DNA from: the human T2T-CHM13v2.0 reference genome, Homo sapiens
NCBI RefSeq assembly: GCF_009914755.1
Contig: NC_060937.1
Length of the DNA stretch: 64,000 nucleotides
Strand: one strand, 5' to 3'
Positions 17,971-43,400 of the stretch are shown piece by piece; the first letter of the stretch is position 1, and every line of letters begins with the position of its first letter. A program made the translations under genes and the position numbers. The notes under the pieces were generated by a model that was given only the letters and a program-made list of their open reading frames with translations, ran no database searches and was not told the origin of the DNA.

Positions 17971-18867
17971 GGAGGGGAGATCAGGTGAGTTAAACTGGAG
18001 TTGGGGGGGAATGTTGGCCAAGTGGCAGGCAGGGTGGGCCTGGGCCTAAGGGAAGCCATGGGCCCCGAGACTTGTTCCTGCTGACAGAGCGCCAGCGGCT
18101 GGGCAGGAGCATGAGCAAGGTGGGTTTGCATCTGTCACTGGAGGAGCGCTCCGAATGCTTCTCCGGACAAAAGCAGGAGGCTGCCATTGTTCACAGGATG
18201 TGAGATCTAATATGGTTCAGGCTGGGGCAAATCAGTGAAGATCAAAATCCCTCATCTTCCACAATGAGGGACTAGAATCAAAGGTGGATGTGCTCCCGCC
18301 TGCTCACAAAGGGTCTTCACATGCCCCAGGGCCCTCCGCTGGGCATGTGTGTTAGGCGACACACAAACAGCCTGAGGGTGCCCAGTCGCTGAGCAGCCCC
18401 AGACGCTGTGCCGTTACCGGCAGGCAGGGCCCTGCAGGAGACCTTCGCCTGCCCAGACCAGAGAGGCTGCAGGGGTGCTGTGGGGAGAGGGCCAGACGGC
18501 CACAACACAGCTGGGAATGGCTCCAGAGGGGAGGGTGGAGAGTGTGCTGGCCCATGGGAGGACTCAGAGAGGAGTTGTGTGTGTTTGGCGCTTGTGGACA
18601 TGGTGTGTGGCAGTGTGAGCCAACAGGCCAACGGGCGGCAAGCATAGGAGGCTTTATGGATCCCCCTGAAGAACCACTGTGTGGAGGGGAAATGGCCCCC
18701 TGTGAGGAAAGTCCTAGCAGCCGGTGGAGCGCAACCAGATGCGGGCCCAGACTGATGGGGTCTCCATGGGAGCCCAGGTGGGAGGTGGAGGAGAAGGGAG
18801 ACAGTGAGAAGGTTGTCACCAGGCCCTCACTAATACCCAGGGAGAAGCCCGTGTGCAAAGGAGGTGA

Positions 18868-22406
<3,539 letters not shown>

Positions 22407-22821
22407 TCACAGTCAAGTAAAAAGAAATGCAACTAAAAGAGCTGTCAGTTAAATACATTCCTCTCTAATGGCAGGACTAGTCTATAAGATTTGTTTTTAA
22501 TTTAGAGTTTTTTTAATTTTTAAACCTTGTGAAACATCAAATTATATGCTGAAGCTGTTACTTTCTGTCAAAAAAAGTGAGATTTTAATATGAAAATTCT
22601 GCTTAGGTTAATTTTTTTTTAAAGCAAGTTTTATACATCTGCGTGAATTGTTTCCTTTAGCACTAGTCAAACAGACTCCATAACCTTTCAAAGAAGTGCC
22701 TTCATTTATTTATGGGGCTTAGGACAGGAAAAAAGCTCTGGAAAAGGGAAATTTCAAAATAGGGCTTCAGCAGGGGCCCAGGTGGAGTGAGTAGTTTTGA
22801 TAAGGTCTGGGTGGGACTCAC

Positions 22822-23107
<286 letters not shown>

Positions 23108-23471
23108 CTACCTATCTGCCAGGTGGCTTTTGCAGCCCGGTAAACGCTCCCCAAGGCCACCATGCCTATGTGTACAACCTTGTTGTTATTGTGGACAGTG
23201 TTCTCCCCTCAGAAGCTTATATTTTATACAGGTCACCAGATCAAATTTGGCAGTGACTCGTTTTATAATGTCAATATGTATTTACAATTACTCACATTAT
23301 CTTGAGTTCTCACCGCTGTTGTGTCCTTCCTGAATTTTCATGTCGCATTGGGTCAGCTTCTCTTCTGCCTTTGGAGTCCCTGTTTAATATTACCTTTAGG
23401 GGCAGTCTGTCGGTAGCATATTTTTCCAATTTTTGCTTTTGGAAGAAGGCTTTGCTTCAACCCAGTGGTGA

Positions 23472-23807
<336 letters not shown>

Positions 23808-24024
23808 CTTCCTCTCCTTTTTTTTCCCCCAAAAGAAACGCGGAGTTGGAGACAGACTTATTAGCATTGAAGGGAGAGATCTGATGAAGAGAAATGGGGC
23901 CACATTGAGGCAGTGTCCTGGGAGGAGCTGTGATTTTTACCTCTATCGGTGTTAGGGGGAAAGACGTGGACCAGGGTGGTAGCCAGTGGGCTAAGGGTGA
24001 GGCTCCCACCTCACAGGGAGGTGG

Positions 24025-24810
24025 AGAGAAAGACATGGAGACAGAGAGACAGAGACAGAGAGGCAGAAACAGACAGACCCACAGAGAGAGAGGGAAACAG
24101 AGATGAAGAGACAGAAACACACAGACAGACAGTGATAGAAAAAGGGAGACACAGAAACAGAGGGACAGATACAGAGACGGAGAGAAAGACAGAGACAGAT
24201 AGAGAGACACTAAGAGAGACACAGAGAGAGAAAGAGATGGAGACAGAGAGACAGAGACAGAGAAGCAGAAACAGAGACAGATACACAGAGAGAGTGAGAC
24301 AGAGATGAAGAGACAGAAACACAGAGAGACAGTGATAGAAAGAGGGAGACACAGAAACAGAGGGACAGATACAGAGATGGAGAGAAAGACAGAGACAGAC
24401 AGAGAGACACTAAGAGAGACACAGAAAGAGATGGAGACAGAGAGACAGAGACAGGCAGAAACAGAGACAGACACACAGAGAGAGGGAGACAGAGATGAAG
24501 AGACAGAAACACACAGAGAGACAGTGATAGAAAGAGGGAGACACAGAAACAGAGGGACAGATACAGAGATGGAGAGAAAGACAGAGACAGACAGAGAGAC
24601 ATAGAGAGAGAAAGAGATGGAGACAGAGAAGCAGAAACAGAGACAGACACAGAGTGAGAGAGGGAGACAGAGATGAAGAGACAGCAACCCACAGAGAGAC
24701 AGTGATAGAAAGAGGGAGACACAGAAACAGAGGGACAGATACAAAGAAAGAGAGACACTAAGAGAGACACAGAGAGAGAAAGACTGACATATACATAGAA
24801 AGAGGGAGAG
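24025..24810. repeat. (GAGACA)n-like purine-rich repeat with ~190-200 bp higher-order unit
   Basis: gagatgaagagacag...cagtgatagaaa at ~24100, 24303, 24492, 24670. Confidence 0.9.
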
Positions 24811-24811
24811 A

Positions 24812-25219
<408 letters not shown>

Positions 25220-25778
25220 CTAAAATAGGGAGAGATGGGGAAGGAAATCCTTGGGGGAGCCCCAGGCATTAGTCCAACCAGGAGCACTAAGGGCCAGAAC
25301 CAGAACATGTTACTTGGCCTGAGTGTGACTTCTGGTGTAAGAAAAACAGACCCTGAAGGTCTTTGTGAAACTTTAGTTTCTCCTTCTAAAGAAATGCCTG
25401 TTTATTTTACAGATGCAAAGGGTAACCACATTAATTCCAAGGCAGTTTTCCAAAGTATTATAATGATCCCAACAAGAAAATGGCATTTCAGTTCAAATGT
25501 TACTGAGTTCCAGGGAAACGGTTAGATACCCAGGCTGTGGAACTGGGTTGGATGCAGGACTCAGGATCCAGAGACAAGGAAGGCAGCATCATAAGTCAGC
25601 CACCCATAAATGCAATATTATAACAGTCCTAATTTCTTTTTGAGGTTTGTTCCAATCAACAGCAACTGAAACACAACTCAGACTAAGTTAGGCAGAGAAA
25701 GAAAATTATTGACTTAATATAACTGTGAGATCCTATGATGGAGCTGACTTCAGGATTCCCAAGGACTTAAGAAATCTC

Positions 25779-26145
25779 TAGATAGATAGATAGATAGAGA
25801 CGTAGAGAAAAAAATAGATATAGATAGAATAAATAGATGATAGATAAATACATAGGATAGATAAATAGCTAGATGATAGGTAATATATATAGATATGTAG
25901 ATGTTTAATAGATACATAAAATAGGTAGATAAATAGGATGGATAGATACATAATTGATAGATAACTAGGACAGATAGATACATGATAGATACATTGATAC
26001 ACAGGATAGATAAATGATAGGTAGATAGATAAGATGGATAGATACATAGATAAATAGATTAGATAGGAGAGATGATAGATAGATGATAGATAGATAGATA
26101 TAATAAGATGGATGATAGATAGTCACATAAAATAAGATGGATGAT

Positions 26146-26176
<31 letters not shown>

Positions 26177-26270
26177 GATAGAGAGAGGGATAGAAAGATA
26201 GGATAGATGATGGGTAGATGGTTACATAGATAGGATAGATGATAGATAGATAATAGATAGATGGAATAAA
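25779..26270. repeat. (GATA)n/(GATG)n degenerate microsatellite
   Basis: Direct reading. Confidence 0.95.
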
Positions 26271-27420
26271 TATCGTATAACTGCATAAACAAATGTATGG
26301 AAATAAGCAAATAATCATGACTTAAATAAGATGGAAGTTTGTTTCTCTCTGACATGATAGGCGGCCAGAACAAGGGGTCCAGGTTATTGTACAGATTCAA
26401 GATGTCAGGCATTTGGAATGTTGTTGCTCCACTATTTTAGTATGTGACTTTCTACTCATGGTTCAATATGGTGGCATGGTCTCCAGCCCTCACATCTCCA
26501 TTGCAGCTAGCAGCAAAAGGAGAGGGAAGAGTTCACATTCACTTTTTTAAGAAATTAAAGAGATTTTTATGGTCTTAATACATTCCTACTTACTTCTCAT
26601 GAGCTCAAAGTTCATCATACAGTCACACAGAGCTGCAAGGGAGTCTAGGAAAAACAGTCTCAAAAAGTAGAGGTGGACAGCTTCTCAGGGATCTCCCAAG
26701 TTCTGATGACTCTCTCAACTCTGCTTCTCTCTGGGTTCCAGACTAGATTCTCTCAGAAAAAGTCTTGGAATATAGGATGGAAAAAAAATCCAGCTGCTGC
26801 ACCTATAGATTCACAGTCTGAGCTTCTCCCACCACCCTCTCAGTCTTTGCTGATCAAATTCAGGAGAAGGTTAACTAGCCTGTCTTGAACAGTATGTCTA
26901 TCTCTGGGATAATCTCTGCACCTGAGAAAGGCTGGCTTCTCAGAGCAGATGATTTTGTTGTTGTTGTTGTTAAACTTTAAAAGATGAATCAGATGTTACA
27001 ATGACTCAGGGCTGGGCAGGCAAAGTCAGAGAACTAGGAAATTGACGATGGAGTCAGAGATTGAGGTGCTGGGTGTTATGTGATGAAGTACAGACAGAGA
27101 GGCCACATCTTTCCATGAGTGAATTTATGAAAGATCTCAGACACTTAGGTAAGGATCCTGAACTATTCTCTGCAGTTGATGAGAAACCACCAACATTTTG
27201 TGACCAGTCATGTCAACATTTATGCTTATACATCTTAAATAGGTCTAAATGTGTTTAGACCTATTACCTTGGAACCCATGCATAGGATGGATGAGAAGGG
27301 ATGGCACTGAAGATGGAAGCCTGGAGACTCTGGCATGGGATGGATGGTGGTAATGGAGTCTTTGAACCTGGAGCATGGAGTGGGAAGGAAGAAGTGAGAA
27401 GGCATTCAAAGTCACCAGTG

Positions 27421-27784
<364 letters not shown>

Positions 27785-28079
27785 TCACCACAGAAGCAAA
27801 CTGTTGTGTCTCTTTGATGTTGAGGGAAAAATCAAACATGACTTCAGAGCTCTAACCTGAAAGGTTGAGTGGGAAACAAACTCCCAATAAAAGAACATAA
27901 ATTATGTCTGGGGGAGAAAAGAAGACAAAGTTGAGTTCAGCCTTTGCTTTATTGATTCTTCTTCTGAAGGAGATTCTTCTAAAACAGGGAGTCACATTTA
28001 GCCTTTGCTCGTTCTTCTCCTCTTCCCAAAGGGGTTCTTCTAAATGCTGGGCTGAACTAGGGCTCAAACATAAGCTTCC

Positions 28080-28560
28080 TTCTCTCTCCAGGGGATCTCA
28101 CTCAGCCCCAGGACTTGACACATCCACTCAAAATCCTAAATTCCCATCTCTGGCTTTGACATCTTTTCTCTACTTCAGATTCGTGCATGTAACTGTATCC
28201 TCAACTTCTCAGCTCAGATAAATGATTAGCGCTTCCAAGTTAACCCATCCCAAACCATCTGGAAAGCCTTCACTGGATTCACCACCACCTCTGAGAAGTG
28301 TTTTGGCAGAAGACTTTGGAAACTTTGAACTCTTCTTTCTCTTATCTCCCCCTTATACAATTCATTGGCAAGTCTCTTGAATGACCTCAAACATTTGTCA
28401 AATTGGATCAGATTTTCCTGCCTTTGCTTTCTTCACCCTCATGCATGACATATGTCATCTGGATCATAGCCACATCCTCCTGATTGATCTCTTGGCTTCT
28501 GTCCTGGTTTCTGCTTTGATCCTGGAATTATTCTTAAGCAGAGAAATCTTTTAAAAATAG
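28080..28560 (+). mobile_element. LINE-2 remnant
   Basis: Degenerate match to L2 3' motifs (cagattcgtgcatgtaactg...ccaagttaacccatcccaaac). Confidence 0.55.
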
Positions 28561-28591
28561 AGATGATTTTTAGCTTGTGGCCCTCATCCCT

Positions 28592-29007
28592 TGCTAATGA
28601 CTAAATAGCAAAGTTTCCCAAAATTTGTATGTTGAAGGCCTAACCACTACTAATCATGTCCCTCCAAAATGCACCATATTGAAACCCTAATCCCCAAAGG
28701 GATGATATTAGGAGGTGAAGTCTCTGGAGGTGATGAGGTTTAGATGAGGTCATGAGGATGGGTCCTTCATGACGTGATTAGTATCCTTATAAGAAGAGCG
28801 AGAGACACTAAAGTGCTCTCTCTCTCTCTCTCTTTCTCTCTCTGAAGACACCATCTGTGAACCAGCAAGAGGACCCACTCCAGACAATAAATCTGCCATA
28901 CCTTGATCTCGGACTTCCCCATCTCCAGAACTGTGAGAAATCAATGGCTGTTACTTAAGCCACCCAGTCTATAATTTTTGTTATGGCAACCCGAGCTGAC
29001 TAAGACA
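28592..29007 (+). mobile_element. MaLR solo LTR (MLT1A/MSTD-like)
   Basis: Begins tg, ends gagctgactaagaca; ccagaactgtgagaaat and taagccacccagtctat motifs. Confidence 0.85.
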
Positions 29008-29345
29008 TCCCTCATGCCACTCAAAACCCGCCAATAATTTCACATCGAAGTCAGAATACAATCTGACTACTTCCCTATGGCTTCTTTGTAACTCTGTCCC
29101 TGGTCACTTGCTCCAACTGGGACTCTGTGGTCCCAATAAAATAACGTAAATTATGTCTGGGGAAGAAAAGAATACAAAGTTGAGTTCAGCCTTTGCTTTA
29201 CTGATTCTTCTTCTGAAGGGGGTTCTTCTAAAACAAGGAGTCGTCACGTTTAGCCTTTGCTTGTTCTTCTTTGCTGCCCCCTTGGGCGTCCTCCCAGTCA
29301 TGCCAAATTCATTCCTGCTGCAGACCTCCAGTACATTACTCCTTC

Positions 29346-29875
29346 TGTGAGTGTCCTCTGGCCGCCATCACCAATGATCACATTCATATTGGCTTAAAGC
29401 AACACAAATGTATTGTCTTACAGTGTTGTAGTTTTGAAGCCCACCTTGGGTCTCACTGGCCTAAAACCAAGGTGTCAGCAAAACTTCCCTCTTGATGCAA
29501 GTTCTGGGGGAGAATCAGTTTCCTTGCCATTTCCTGCTTCTAGGGGAATGTTTCTAGAGTATTCCTTGGCTTCTGGACCCTTCCTTGACCTTCAAAGCCA
29601 GTAGTGCAGCATCTTCTAATTTCTCTGTGACTCTGACATTTGCTTTTGTCCTAACATCACCTCCTCTGGCTCTGGCACTCCTACCTCCCTCTTACAAAGA
29701 TCCTGTGATGATCTTAGACCCAGCTGGATAATCCAGGGTCATTTCATCTCATGATTCTTAAACTAATCACATCTGCAAAATCTTTTTAGCCATGACAGGT
29801 TTTTACAGATTTCTGGAATTAGGATGTGGATTTTTTTTTGAGGGGGTGAAGGGGGTGCTTACTCTGTCAACCACA
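29346..29875 (-). mobile_element. MaLR LTR (MLT1C/D-like)
   Basis: ggcttaaagcaacacaaatgtattgtcttacag, aaaaccaaggtgtcagca, taatcacatctgcaaa; ends ctgtcaaccaca. Confidence 0.82.
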
Positions 29876-31297
29876 TGGGGATTAGGATGTAGACATCCTT
29901 GGGGCCATTATTCTGTCTGCTACCTAGTATTCGGACATGGACATCTTTGGGACCATTATACTCTGTATCACATGAGGATTAGGACATGGGTATCTTTGGG
30001 ACCATTATTCTGTCTCCCACATGGGGATTAGGATGTGGACATCTTTGGGGCCATTATTCTGTCTACCACATGGGGATTAGGATGTGGACATCTTTGGGGT
30101 CATTATTCTGTCTACCACATGGGGATTAGGACGTGGACATCTTTGGGGCCATTATTCTGTCTGCCACGTGGGGATTAGGATGTGTACATCTTTGGGGCCA
30201 TTATTCTGTCTATCACATGGGTATTAGGACGTGGACATCTTTGGGGCCATTATTCTGTCTGCCACATGGGGATTAGGATGTGTACATCTTTGGGGCCATT
30301 ATTCTGTCTATCACATGGGGATTAGGACGTGGACATCTTTGGGGCCATTATTCTGTCTGCCACATGGGATTAGGACATGGACATATTTGAGGCCATTATT
30401 CTGTCTACCAAATGGAGATTAGGATGTGGACATCTTTGGGGCCATTATTCTCTCTCCCACATGAGGATTAGGATGTGGACAGCTTTGAGGCCATTATTCT
30501 GTCTCCCACATGGGATTAGGATGTGAAGATCTTTGGGAACATTATTGTTTCCACCACATGGGATTAGGATGTGGACATCTTTGGGGCCATTATTCTGTCT
30601 CCCACATGAGGATTAGGATGTGGACAGCTTTGAGGCCATTATTCTGTCTCCCACATGGGGATTAGGACATGGATATCTTTGGGGCCATTATTCTGTCTAC
30701 CACATGGGGATTAGGACATGGACATCTCTGGGGACATTATTCTGTCTACCACATGGGGAATAGGATATTGGTAACATCTTTAGGGCCATTATTCTGTCTA
30801 CCACATGGGGATTAGGACATGGATATCTTTGGGGCCATTATTCTGTCTGCCACATGGGGATTAGGATGTGGACATCTTTGGGGCCATTATTCTGTCTACC
30901 ACATGGGGATTAGGACATGGACATCTCTGGGGACATTATTCTGACTACCACATGGGGAATAGGATATTGGTAACATCTTTAGGGTCATTATTCTACCACA
31001 TGGGGATTAGGACATGGATATCTTTGGGGCCATTATTCTGTCTACCACATGGGGATTAGGACATGGACATCTCTGGGGACATAATTCTGTCTACCACATG
31101 GGGAATAGGATATTGGTAACATCTTTAGGGCCATTATTCTGTCTACCACATGGGGATTAGGACATGGATATCTTTGGGGCCATTATTCTGTCTACCACAT
31201 GGGGATTAGGACATGGACATCTCTGGGGACATTATTCTGTCTACCACATTGGGATTAGGACATGGATATCTTTGGGGCCATTATTCTGTCTACCACG
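29876..31297. repeat. 49-bp VNTR (tggggattaggacgtggacatctttggggccattattctgtctaccaca), ~29 copies
   Basis: Direct reading; the unit equals the terminal segment of the adjacent LTR. Confidence 0.97.
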
Positions 31298-31693
31298 AGA
31301 TAATTACAACTTGGACATCTTTGGTGAAATCACTTTGTCTTCATCCTTTCTTATTCTTAGAATTCTCCTAGTGACAAACGTCTTCTTCTTCCTCAACTTC
31401 TTCTTCCTCAGCGTTCCTATGGGGCCTCCAACACTCACCAGACAGCTCCCTGACTGCATTACCCTAGATTGTATTTGGCCAAGATTCTCGGGTTTTTCTT
31501 GGTTTCTCCAAGCAGAATGGAAGCTTTAGAGGGCAGAGTGTTTGTTACTCTTTCTTATTCTAATTGTGTATTCTTATTTATTGACGTGTCTCCAGCTTTC
31601 AAGGCAGATTCTCACCCATTAGGTCTTCTATATACAATTAAATTTACCTAGAATGTATTTCCTTCTTATTTAAAACTTTTTAAAAGTAAATTC

Positions 31694-31800
31694 ATGTATA
31701 CATATGTAACCAACCTGCATGTCGTGCACATGTACCCGAACACTTAAAGTATAATAATAATAAAATTTTAAAAAAGAAAGATAACAACCAAAAAACAACA
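31694..31800 (+). mobile_element. Short L1PA 3'-end insertion
   Basis: tgtatacatatgtaaccaacctgcatgtcgtgcacatgtaccc...ttaaagtataataa. Confidence 0.85.
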
Positions 31801-31924
31801 AAAAATAAATTCCAAAATTTCTATATCACATTACAAATTCACTTGCCACCCATGAAGAACACATTTGCAAAATAAATGGTGTCTTGAGACGAAATGAGTT
31901 TTCAATGAAGATTTTAGAGACTCT

Positions 31925-32224
31925 TTATTTTTATTTTTATTTTTTAGACAGAGTCTCACTCTGTCACCCTGGCTGTAGTGCAGTGGCGCAATCTTGGCTC
32001 ACCACAACCTCCGCCTCCCGGGTTCAAGCAATTCTCTGCCTCAGCCTCCCGAGCAGATGAGATTACAGGAACACTTCACCTTGTCTGGCTAATTTTTGTA
32101 TTTTTAGTAGACACAGGTTTCACCTTCTTGGCCAGGCTGGTCTTGACCTCCTGACCTCAGGTAATCCCCCCACCTTGGCCTCCCAGGGTGCTAGGATTAC
32201 AGATGTGAGCCACCGTGCCTGGCC
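31925..32224 (-). mobile_element. AluS-like element
   Basis: Reverse-complement Alu. Confidence 0.93.
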
Positions 32225-32593
32225 GAGACTTTTTAATACATGCTTTGGTTCTAATAAAGTTCCCCATTGAGCTGTTTGGACAGATGACAGAGAAGAAATC
32301 ATTTACAATTCTCTTAACAAAACCCCCATAAATAATAACCCATTTCCCCCCAGATAGAAAAGGGAACTATTTCACCCTGCTCTTTGAGGAAATTGAATAA
32401 ATAGTAAATGAAGTTCTGTCTGTACAGGAAGTGTGGGTACTTGGCATTACATCTAGACAAGTAAAGACACAAGTGTTTTCTTCCAAATGAATGACATGTT
32501 TAAAAACCGTCATCACCACCCTCTCTGTGATTACAAGTTTTGAGTGCCTTTTAACCACTGGGTGCTAGAAGCAAATTTCCATGTGAACACACC

Positions 32594-32947
32594 CTCCTTC
32601 TTCTTCTCCTCCTGCTCCTCCCGCTCCTCCTCCTCCTTCTTTTCTCCTTCTCCTTCTTCTTCTTCCTCTTCTTCCTCTTCCTCCTCTCCTTCTCCTTCTT
32701 CTCCCTCTTCTCCCTCTTCCTCTTCTTCCTCCTCTCCTTCTCCTTCTTCTTTTTCCCCTTCCCCTACCCCTTCCTCCTCCTTCTCCTCCTCCTCCTTCTC
32801 CTCCTCCTCCTCCTCCTCCTCTTCTTCTTCTTCTTCTTCTTCTTTTTCTTCTTCTTCTTCTTCTTCTTCTTCTTCTTCTTCTTCTTCTTCTTCTTCTTCT
32901 TCTTCTTCTTCTTCTTCTCCTTCTCCTTCTCCTCCTTCTCCTTCTTC
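32594..32947. repeat. Polypyrimidine (CCT/CTT)n tract with ~30 near-pure TTC units
   Basis: Direct reading, core 32820-32917. Confidence 0.97.
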
Positions 32948-32949
32948 AC

Positions 32950-33392
32950 TTCAAGTTATGGTATACATTTGCAGAACGTGCAGGTTTGTTACATAGGTAT
33001 ACATGCGCTATGGTGGTTTGCTGCACCTATCAACCCATCATCTAGGTTTTAAGCCCTGCCTGCATTATGTATTTGTCCTAATGCTGTCCCTCCCCTTTCC
33101 CCCAACCCCCAGACAGGACCCAGTGTGTTATGTTCCCCTCTCTGTGTCCATGTGTTCTCATTGTTCAACTCCCTCTTATGAGTGAGAACATGCGGTGTTT
33201 GGTTTTCTGTTCCTGTGTTAGTTTGCTGAGAATGATGGCTTCCAGCTTCATGCATGTCCCTGCAAAGGACGTGAATGCATCCCTTTTTATGGCTGCATAG
33301 TATTCCATGGTGTCTATGTGCCACATTTTCTTTATTCAGTTTATCACTGATGGGCATTTGGGTTGGTTCCAAGTCTTTGCTGTTGTGAATAG
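32950..33392 (-). mobile_element. L1PA 3'UTR fragment
   Basis: gcagaacgtgcaggtttgttacataggtatacatg...tgatgggcatttgggttggttccaagtctttgc. Confidence 0.93.
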
Positions 33393-33598
33393 GAGCACAT
33401 CCTCCTGATTCAACAATGAGATCATCGTCCACTGTTCTGTTCAGGACTACTGAAAGGTCCCAGGCTGCTAAGACAATCTCGAATTCTCTCAACACCCCAC
33501 AGCTTGTCAGTACTGGAGGTATTCTGGTGATTTTTTTTTTTTTTGGAAAGTGGCTATTTATATATCACAAGGATTCTTGATTACAAAAGCAGTCAACT

Positions 33599-35365
<1,767 letters not shown>

Positions 35366-35407
35366 AAAAGAAAGCAAATACGGCAAACAGCATCAGCTTT
35401 TTAGAAG

Positions 35408-36525
35408 AAGCTGGAGCTTCTGGTGGGTGGACCATGCTGGAGCTTCTGGTGGGTGGGCGATGCTGGAGCTTCTGGTGGGTGGACCATGCTGGAGCTTCTG
35501 GTGGGTGGGCGATGCTGGAGCTTCTGGTGGGTGGACCATGCTGGAGCTTCTGGTGGGTGGGCGATGCTGGAGCTTCTGGTGGGTGGACGATGCTGAATCT
35601 TCTGGTGGGTGGACCATGGTGGAGCTTCTGGTGGGTAAATAATGCTGGAGCTTCTGGTGAGTAGACCATGGTGGAGCTTCTGGTGGATAAATTATGCTGG
35701 AGCTTCTCATGGGTAAATCATGCTGGAGCTTCTGGTAGGTGGACCATGCTGGAGCTTCTGGTGGGTGGACCATGCTGGGGCTTCTGGTGGGTGAACCATA
35801 CTGGAGCTTCTGGTAGGTAGGCCATGGTGGGGCTTCTGGTGGGTAGACCATGGTGGAGCTTCTGGTGGATGGACCATGCTGAGCTTCTGGTGAGTGAAGC
35901 ATGCTGGAGTTTCTGGTAGGTGGACCATAGTGGAGCTTCTGGTGGATAGACCATGGTGGAGCTTCTGGTGGGTGGAGCATGCTGGAGCTTCTGGTGGGGT
36001 AAATCATGCTGGAGCTTCTGGTGGGTAAATCATGCTGGAGCTTCTGGTGAGTAGACCATGGTGGAGCTTCTGGTGGATAAATTATGCTGGAGCTTCTCGT
36101 GGGTAAATCATGCTGGAGCTTCTGGTGGGTGGACCATGGTGGAGCTTCTGGTGAGTAGACCATGGTGGGAGCTTCTTGGAGGTAAATTATGCTGGACCTT
36201 CTGATGGGTGGACCATGCTGGAGCTTCTGGTGGGTGGACCATGGTGGAGCTTCTGGTGGGTAAATTATGCTGGAGCTTCTGGTGGGTGGACCATGTTGGA
36301 GCCTCTGGTGGGTGGATCATGCTGAAGCTTCTGGTGGGTAAATCATGCTGGAACCTCTGGTGGGTAAATCATGCTGGAGCTTCTGGTGGGTAAATTATGT
36401 TGGAGCCTCTGGTGGGTAAATCATGCTAGAGCCTCTGGTGGGTAAATCATGCTGGAGCTTCTTGTGGGTAAATCATGCTGGAGCCTCTGGTGGGTAAATC
36501 ATGCTGGAGCCTCTGGTGGGTGGGG
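35408..36525. repeat. 26-bp G-rich VNTR (catgctggagcttctggtgggtggac), ~43 copies
   Basis: atgctgg at 35434 and 35460 gives the period; direct reading. Confidence 0.97.
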
Positions 36526-37016
36526 TATCCACACACCTGTGGGTGCCCATTGATAGTGGGGACTTCACCCCATGTCCCAGAATCCTGCAAGGAGGCCACA
36601 CCCCCCATACATTCTTTACAGTAAGTTAATACGTCCACAGCACGCTGTGCGTTTCCCCAAAAATGACATCGGCCAATTACACTTTCAAATCACATGCCTT
36701 CCTGATGGGCAAAACTGGAAATGTGAACACACTTTAATCCTCAGATAATGTAATGGTTTACATCTGGGGCTCTTCAGGCAGCCCATGGCTGGTTCACGTT
36801 GCTCCCTTCCAAGAAATGTTTTGCAGTATGTGTCTTGTTTAATAACGATTTAAACATGGAAAATAAATGCTTTCTTCTTAGGCGTTCACCTGTCTATCAC
36901 CCGGAGTCTGGGAGGACGGCCCTTCTTTTCAGCGGCATTCGCCAAGCCAGTCTCCATGAATCACTGACAGAATCCTGTAATGGTTTCCTTTTTTGTTGTT
37001 GTTGTTTAACACTTAA

Positions 37017-38670
<1,654 letters not shown>

Positions 38671-39003
38671 GCAAATCTACATATTTCAAAGTACTTCAGT
38701 GATATAATTCACACCAATACATCAATAACGAGATAAATAAATAACCTAAGGCATTTTTTTCAGTGTTTGCCATCGGAGTAATGGGCACACCCAATCTGGT
38801 TGTAATTTTTCTCTCCCAGTTTGCTGAGCAGAGAGGCCCAGCTTTTTCCAATGTGACTTGGGGCAAATTCACCTGGCTGTTCAGCTCAAGAGACAGAGAT
38901 TAAGCCGCACTACAGCCAGATACTGTTTCCAAGAAACTCAAGACTCCTTCCTCTGGCCCTGTGCACAGCGACAGCTGAGGATAAGACACCACCTTTACTT
39001 TAA

Positions 39004-43400
<4,397 letters not shown>

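Noticed and set aside
18249-18271. Small hairpin ccctcat...atgaggg
   Set aside because: A 7-bp stem is expected by chance; no RNA-gene context
25640-27420. Possible ancient MLT1J/K and L2 remnants around the GATA tract
   Set aside because: Similarity too faint to set boundaries or family by eye
29876-31297. CRISPR-like regular repeats (also 53165-53770)
   Set aside because: Units are contiguous with no unique spacers, there are no cas genes, and the context is primate
32544-32996. Poly-Ser and poly-Lys/Arg ORFs
   Set aside because: Translation of the TTC/CCT microsatellite
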